Of a stretch of 20,000 nt of DNA, positions 16,120 to 20,000 are shown one piece after another. Source of the DNA: an uncultured virus (IMG/VR IMGVR_UViG_3300025408_000065) (Duplodnaviria > Heunggongvirae > Uroviricota > Caudoviricetes); the IMG/VR virus record IMGVR_UViG_3300025408_000065; one strand, written 5' to 3'. The notes beneath the pieces are model-generated. The model did not search any database and had not been told where the DNA came from. It saw nothing but the letters and a program-made list of their open reading frames with translations. Within the stretch, counting starts at the first letter, position 1. The number at the start of each line of letters is the position of its first letter. Made by a program: the position numbers and the translations under genes.

Positions 16120-17760
16120 TTAAACTGCACAACAAGATAAATGAGAAACATCTTTTTCAAGCGAGAGGATTGCTAACTTAAGTCCTTCTGACATGGTTAG
16201 ATATGGAACCATCGTATCTTTTAAATCTTGAATCGTTAATCCGAATTTGATGGCCAATGTGGCTGAGTAAATGATCTCACCAGCATCCTCAGCCAAAATA
16301 TGTACACCTATAATTTTGTTAGTTGCTTGATCAACAACAATTTTGAAAAGACCCCTAGTGTCATGATTGACGAGTGCTCTTGGCACCATTTCTAAATCAA
16401 TTGTTCGTGAAACTGTTGAGTATCCTAGCCTGTTTGCTTCATGTTCAGTGTAGCCAACAGATGCGATTGAGGGCGTCGTGAATATGACACTAGGCACATA
16501 TCTCAAATCTATCTTCTTTTTAACATTACCAAATGCGTTATCCATAACTACTCCACCTTGATAAGCTGCAACGTATACAAACATAGGAGCACCAGTGACA
16601 TCACCAGCTGCATAAATATTTTCATTGCTAGTTACACCGAAATCGTTAATTAATATCTCGTTTGTATCACCAAGTTTAACTCCAGCTAAATCAAGATTCA
16701 AATCTTCTGTACTAGGAGTACGTCCGGCTGCAACGAGTAGTGCTTCACTTTCTAAATATGTTTTCTCGTTGTTTTTTGTGAAATGAATCTGAATCAAATC
16801 CTGGTTCTTTTCAACTTTGTCATAAGAAATATCATTGATCAATTCAATACCATCAGTCTTTAGTATTTCCTCCATTTTAATCGATATTTCTGAATCATAC
16901 TCTTTTAATAAATAATGACTTCTTCTTAAAAAAGTAACTTTTGATCCCAAATTTTTTAACATTTGCCCGAGTTCTAGTGCAATATATCCAGATCCGATAA
17001 TAACAATACTTTTAGGTGTTTTTTTTAATTCTAGTAATGTAGTACTGGTCAAATAATTAACCTGATCTAACCCCTTTATATTGGGAATCACAGGCTTAGA
17101 ACCTGTCGCAATCAAGTATTTATCTGCAGTATAAACGTTGTTATTGACTGAAATTTGACTACTATTGATAAATCTTGCGTGTCCTTTAATAAGTTCAATT
17201 TGATAAACATCTAGTAAGTTTATATATTTTTTTTGTCTTAACTGGTCAACTAAATGATTCTTTTGGTCAATCAGTTGTTCAAAATTTACCTCGTTTGATG
17301 ATATATTTAATCCTTGAAAATTGTGGCTCTTTGAAAATTGATTTATATAACCTGCACGAATCATGGTTTTTGATGGCACACATCCAACGTTAACACATGT
17401 GCCTCCAATCGTATCCCGTTCTATAATTGCTACCGTCTTACCATATTCTTTAGCCTTAATTGCTGCAGAAAAAGCAGCACTGCCTGATCCAATAATAATT
17501 AAATCAAAATCTTTTTTATTGGATGTGCTGTCTTGTGCTATATGATTCTCTTCATGTACAGATTTCAAATAATATGGTGTTTTACTCAATGCCAATTCAA
17601 CATCTTTAAAAGAAATGCTTTCAGTTGAGACAAATTGAGCAACTCCTGTTTTATAATCAACATCAATGATTTTAACTTCTATAGACCCTAAAGCTTTTTC
17701 TACATGGATTTCACAGGCATCACATGTCATACCTTGAATAACTGCTTCATACTTTTTCAT
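16120..17760 (-). CDS. merA: Mercuric reductase with one N-terminal NmerA domain
   Basis: GMTCDAC metal-binding motif, GSGSAA FAD motif, GGTCVNVGCVPSK redox disulfide, FVYVAAY, PYLTMSEGLKL and C-terminal LSCCA. Confidence 0.96.
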   Translation of the reverse strand: MKKYEAVIQGMTCDACEIHVEKALGSIEVKIIDVDYKTGVAQFVSTESISFKDVELALSKTPYYLKSVHEENHIAQDSTSNKKDFDLIIIGSGSAAFSAAIKAKEYGKTVAIIERDTIGGTCVNVGCVPSKTMIRAGYINQFSKSHNFQGLNISSNEVNFEQLIDQKNHLVDQLRQKKYINLLDVYQIELIKGHARFINSSQISVNNNVYTADKYLIATGSKPVIPNIKGLDQVNYLTSTTLLELKKTPKSIVIIGSGYIALELGQMLKNLGSKVTFLRRSHYLLKEYDSEISIKMEEILKTDGIELINDISYDKVEKNQDLIQIHFTKNNEKTYLESEALLVAAGRTPSTEDLNLDLAGVKLGDTNEILINDFGVTSNENIYAAGDVTGAPMFVYVAAYQGGVVMDNAFGNVKKKIDLRYVPSVIFTTPSIASVGYTEHEANRLGYSTVSRTIDLEMVPRALVNHDTRGLFKIVVDQATNKIIGVHILAEDAGEIIYSATLAIKFGLTIQDLKDTMVPYLTMSEGLKLAILSLEKDVSHLSCCAV

Positions 17761-17789
17761 ATGTTTTTCTCATACACACCTCTTATTGG

Positions 17790-17870
17790 TATCTTATCTA
17801 ACTGTCTACATTATTGTATCATGTCCCCATTATATCTAATCTAACTGTCAATAATATTGTATCATGTCCC
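17790..17870. repeat. Tandem duplication (38-bp units, 43-bp offset) upstream of merA
   Basis: 17790..17827 and 17833..17870 match at 34/38. Each carries TGATACAAT (extended -10) on the minus strand. Confidence 0.85.
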
Positions 17871-17912
17871 GAGGATGCTTTCTCTTTATATCCACTTTAT
17901 TGACGTAAATAC

Positions 17913-18344
17913 AAAGTCTTCTTAAAAGATCTAGATATCATGTCAACCATTCAAAGGGTAATTAAATCCACCATCAAAGTCGACGATGTCCAAGGTATAA
18001 TTGAAAGGTTAACACTAGAAAGAGACGAAAACGAAATAGCATTATCCAATCTAATTGATACAAAGGTAAAAACACCAGATATTCCAGAATCAATATTTAA
18101 TGCCAAGTATAGAGAATACTCCGATCGCCTTAAAGTTCTAACAGCTGAGATTAACAAGCTTGAACTTGAACACGTAAAAAATTATGATACCAAAAAACGT
18201 ATGGATAAAATAGGTGAGATTTTAGGTAAAAAGAATTTAGTCATCGATGAACTTGATTCAGAGATATTAAGTACATTCATCTATAAAATGATATCAGTCA
18301 GTCCAAATGAGATCGTATGCTAAATTGCCAATACGAACTACACT
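17913..18344 (+). pseudogene. C-terminal remnant of a second large serine recombinase
   Basis: KVFLKDLDIMSTIQRVIKSTIKVDDV...FIYKMISVSPNEIVC*IANTNYT aligns with EVFLQEKDIIPNIQKIIKSTIRVSDV...FIYKIISVTPENIVFCVAGTKNYT of 13810..15528. It has no catalytic domain and an in-frame stop at 18321. Confidence 0.88.
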
Positions 18345-18430
18345 CATTTTATCACATCACCTAAAGAGTATTCAAAAGGGTTTAAGTCCTCCGTCACTCT
18401 ACTGTCTAAGGTTCTGAGGTTAAATACAAC

Positions 18431-18506
18431 TTTAGCACCCTAGCCTTCAAATCGTGTAAAAATTTTAGCACCCTAGTGTCATATATATGTAATTTTCTAG
18501 CACCCT
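18431..18506. repeat. Three phased TAGCACCCT repeats (33 and 32 bp apart); fourth copy at 16025
   Basis: Copies start at 18433, 18466, 18498 and 16025. Confidence 0.8.
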
Positions 18507-18600
18507 TAATTTATGGCTTAATGAAGCTGTTTTTATTAGAGACTTGTTAAAAAACATAACCGTAAATTGAATAAACTCTATTAAGTTAGTAAAATTTAAG

Positions 18601-20000
18601 TTAATTATTTATTTTATAGTTATATTTGAGTACCCTCATTGCATTTAGTACTGCTAATAATGACACCCCGACATCAGCAATCACGGCTTCCCACATAGTT
18701 GCGATTCCGACAGCTCCTAAGGCTAGAAACAAGAGTTTAACTCCTAATGCGAAGTATATGTTTTGCCATACAATCTTTCTAGTTCTTTTTGCCACAAAGA
18801 CCGCAGTACCTATCTTAGAAGGTTCATCATTCATAATCACGACATCAGCTACATCGATGGCTGCATCGGCACCGAGTCCACCCATAGCAATTCCAATATC
18901 AGCTCTCGCTAATACTGGTGTATCGTTGATACCATCACCTACAAAGAACAGCTTCCCTCTGCTCGATTTTTGGAGTAATAACTTCTCTACAATATTGAGC
19001 TTATCTTCAGGCAACAATTCGCTATGAATTTCATCGATATCTAACTCTTGTCCAACTGCATCAGCAACTAATTTCTTGTCACCAGTTAGCATGACAGTTT
19101 TTTTAATGCCTAATGACTTCAACATTTTAATAGCAGTTTTTGAGTCTTGCTTTATCTGATCTGAAACAACAATATTTCCAACATATTTTCCATTGATAGC
19201 GATGTATATAATCGAACCCAATGCAATAGATTCCTTGAATTCAACACCCTCTCTTTTCATCAATCTAGCATTCCCGATTGCAATGATATCATTTTGATAG
19301 GCTGCTTTTACACCGTGTCCAGATATTTCTTCAACATCAGTTATTAAACTTTGATCTATTTCTTTATTGTATTTATTGACGACTGAGACAGCGATAGGAT
19401 GATTAGAAAAACTTTCCACATACGCTGCTTTTTCGAGTAACTCTTCTTGTGTTGCACCATTAGCTGTATTAATTTCAGTCACTGTAAAAGTTCCTTCAGT
19501 CAATGTGCCAGTCTTATCAAAAACTGCAATCTCAATGTTATTTAATGCTTCTAGGTAGTTTCCACCTTTAACTAAGATACCATTTCTTGATGCAGCTCCA
19601 ATACCACCAAAGAAACCAAGCGGAATCGATACAACGAGTGCACATGGACACGAAATAACTAAGAATATAAGTGCTCTGTAGATCCATTCCTCAAAAGTTG
19701 CACCTTGTATAACGAGTGGTGGTATTACCGCAATCAAAACAGCCAACGAAGTGACAATTGGAGTATATACTCGTGCAAATTTAGTGATAAAATTCTCGGT
19801 TGGTGCTTTTTTGCTGGTTGCATTTTCAACCATTTCAAGTACCTTAGAAACAGTTGATTCGCTTGCGAGTTTGGTAACTTTAACGGTCAATAAACCATTG
19901 ATATTAATACAACCAGAGAGTACCATCTCACCTTTTGTAACATTTACAGGCACAGATTCTCCTGTTAGAATTTTTGTGTCAATTGTGGAATCTCCTGACA
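18601..20000 (-). CDS. cadA: Heavy-metal (Cd/Zn/Pb) P1B-type ATPase, 3' part (start beyond the window)
   Basis: The frame stays open to the window edge (IDTKILTGESVP). Motifs SCPC, DKTGT, SNHP, GDGINDTP and the P1B-2-type K...ADVG. Confidence 0.92.
   Translation of the reverse strand, partial: SGDSTIDTKILTGESVPVNVTKGEMVLSGCININGLLTVKVTKLASESTVSKVLEMVENATSKKAPTENFITKFARVYTPIVTSLAVLIAVIPPLVIQGATFEEWIYRALIFLVISCPCALVVSIPLGFFGGIGAASRNGILVKGGNYLEALNNIEIAVFDKTGTLTEGTFTVTEINTANGATQEELLEKAAYVESFSNHPIAVSVVNKYNKEIDQSLITDVEEISGHGVKAAYQNDIIAIGNARLMKREGVEFKESIALGSIIYIAINGKYVGNIVVSDQIKQDSKTAIKMLKSLGIKKTVMLTGDKKLVADAVGQELDIDEIHSELLPEDKLNIVEKLLLQKSSRGKLFFVGDGINDTPVLARADIGIAMGGLGADAAIDVADVVIMNDEPSKIGTAVFVAKRTRKIVWQNIYFALGVKLLFLALGAVGIATMWEAVIADVGVSLLAVLNAMRVLKYNYKINN

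Noticed and set aside
17940..18323. Independent 127-aa functional gene
   Set aside because: Homology to the recombinase extends upstream of the ATG and past the stop, and there is no RBS; treated as a remnant.
18431..18506. Mini CRISPR array
   Set aside because: Conserved unit is 9-13 bp with a ~33-bp period and no cas genes.
1926..19027. Remaining short overlapping ORFs in the track (e.g. 2879..3238, 3090..3425, 6809..7177, 12187..12396, 13268..13468, 14501..14746, 18626..19027)
   Set aside because: Antisense or alternate-frame shadows of well-supported genes or RNA elements, with no recognisable motifs.

Overview
AT-rich window from a low-GC Gram-positive-type host (standard genetic code). 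About 1-15.9 kb is the right arm of a prophage-like integrative element. From right to left it carries a large serine recombinase with a small upstream gene, divergent XRE regulators (cI/cro-like), a tyrosine recombinase, an antirepressor, an excisionase-like HTH protein, a DUF4373-type replication initiator with internal 21-bp iterons and an ArpU/RinA-like regulator. Next come a defence cassette with its own promoter (fused REase-MTase, S subunit, Shedu-like nuclease), a terS-like gene, a ParB-DNA methylase, a self-contained four-gene moron and metK. To the right lie a lone merA, a decayed fragment of a second serine recombinase and a CadA-like P1B ATPase. The most unusual signal is non-coding. 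The terminator-ended leader ahead of the serine-recombinase module (13461-13530) is a ~70-nt imperfect antisense copy of the tyrosine recombinase coding region (12015-12084). Its promoter shares a palindromic operator with the terS-like promoter, which also has a terminator-ended leader. Two direct copies of a tyrosine-recombinase-like core site flank the rep-origin-defence segment. Family assignments come from motif recognition and alignments were done by hand; no searches were run.
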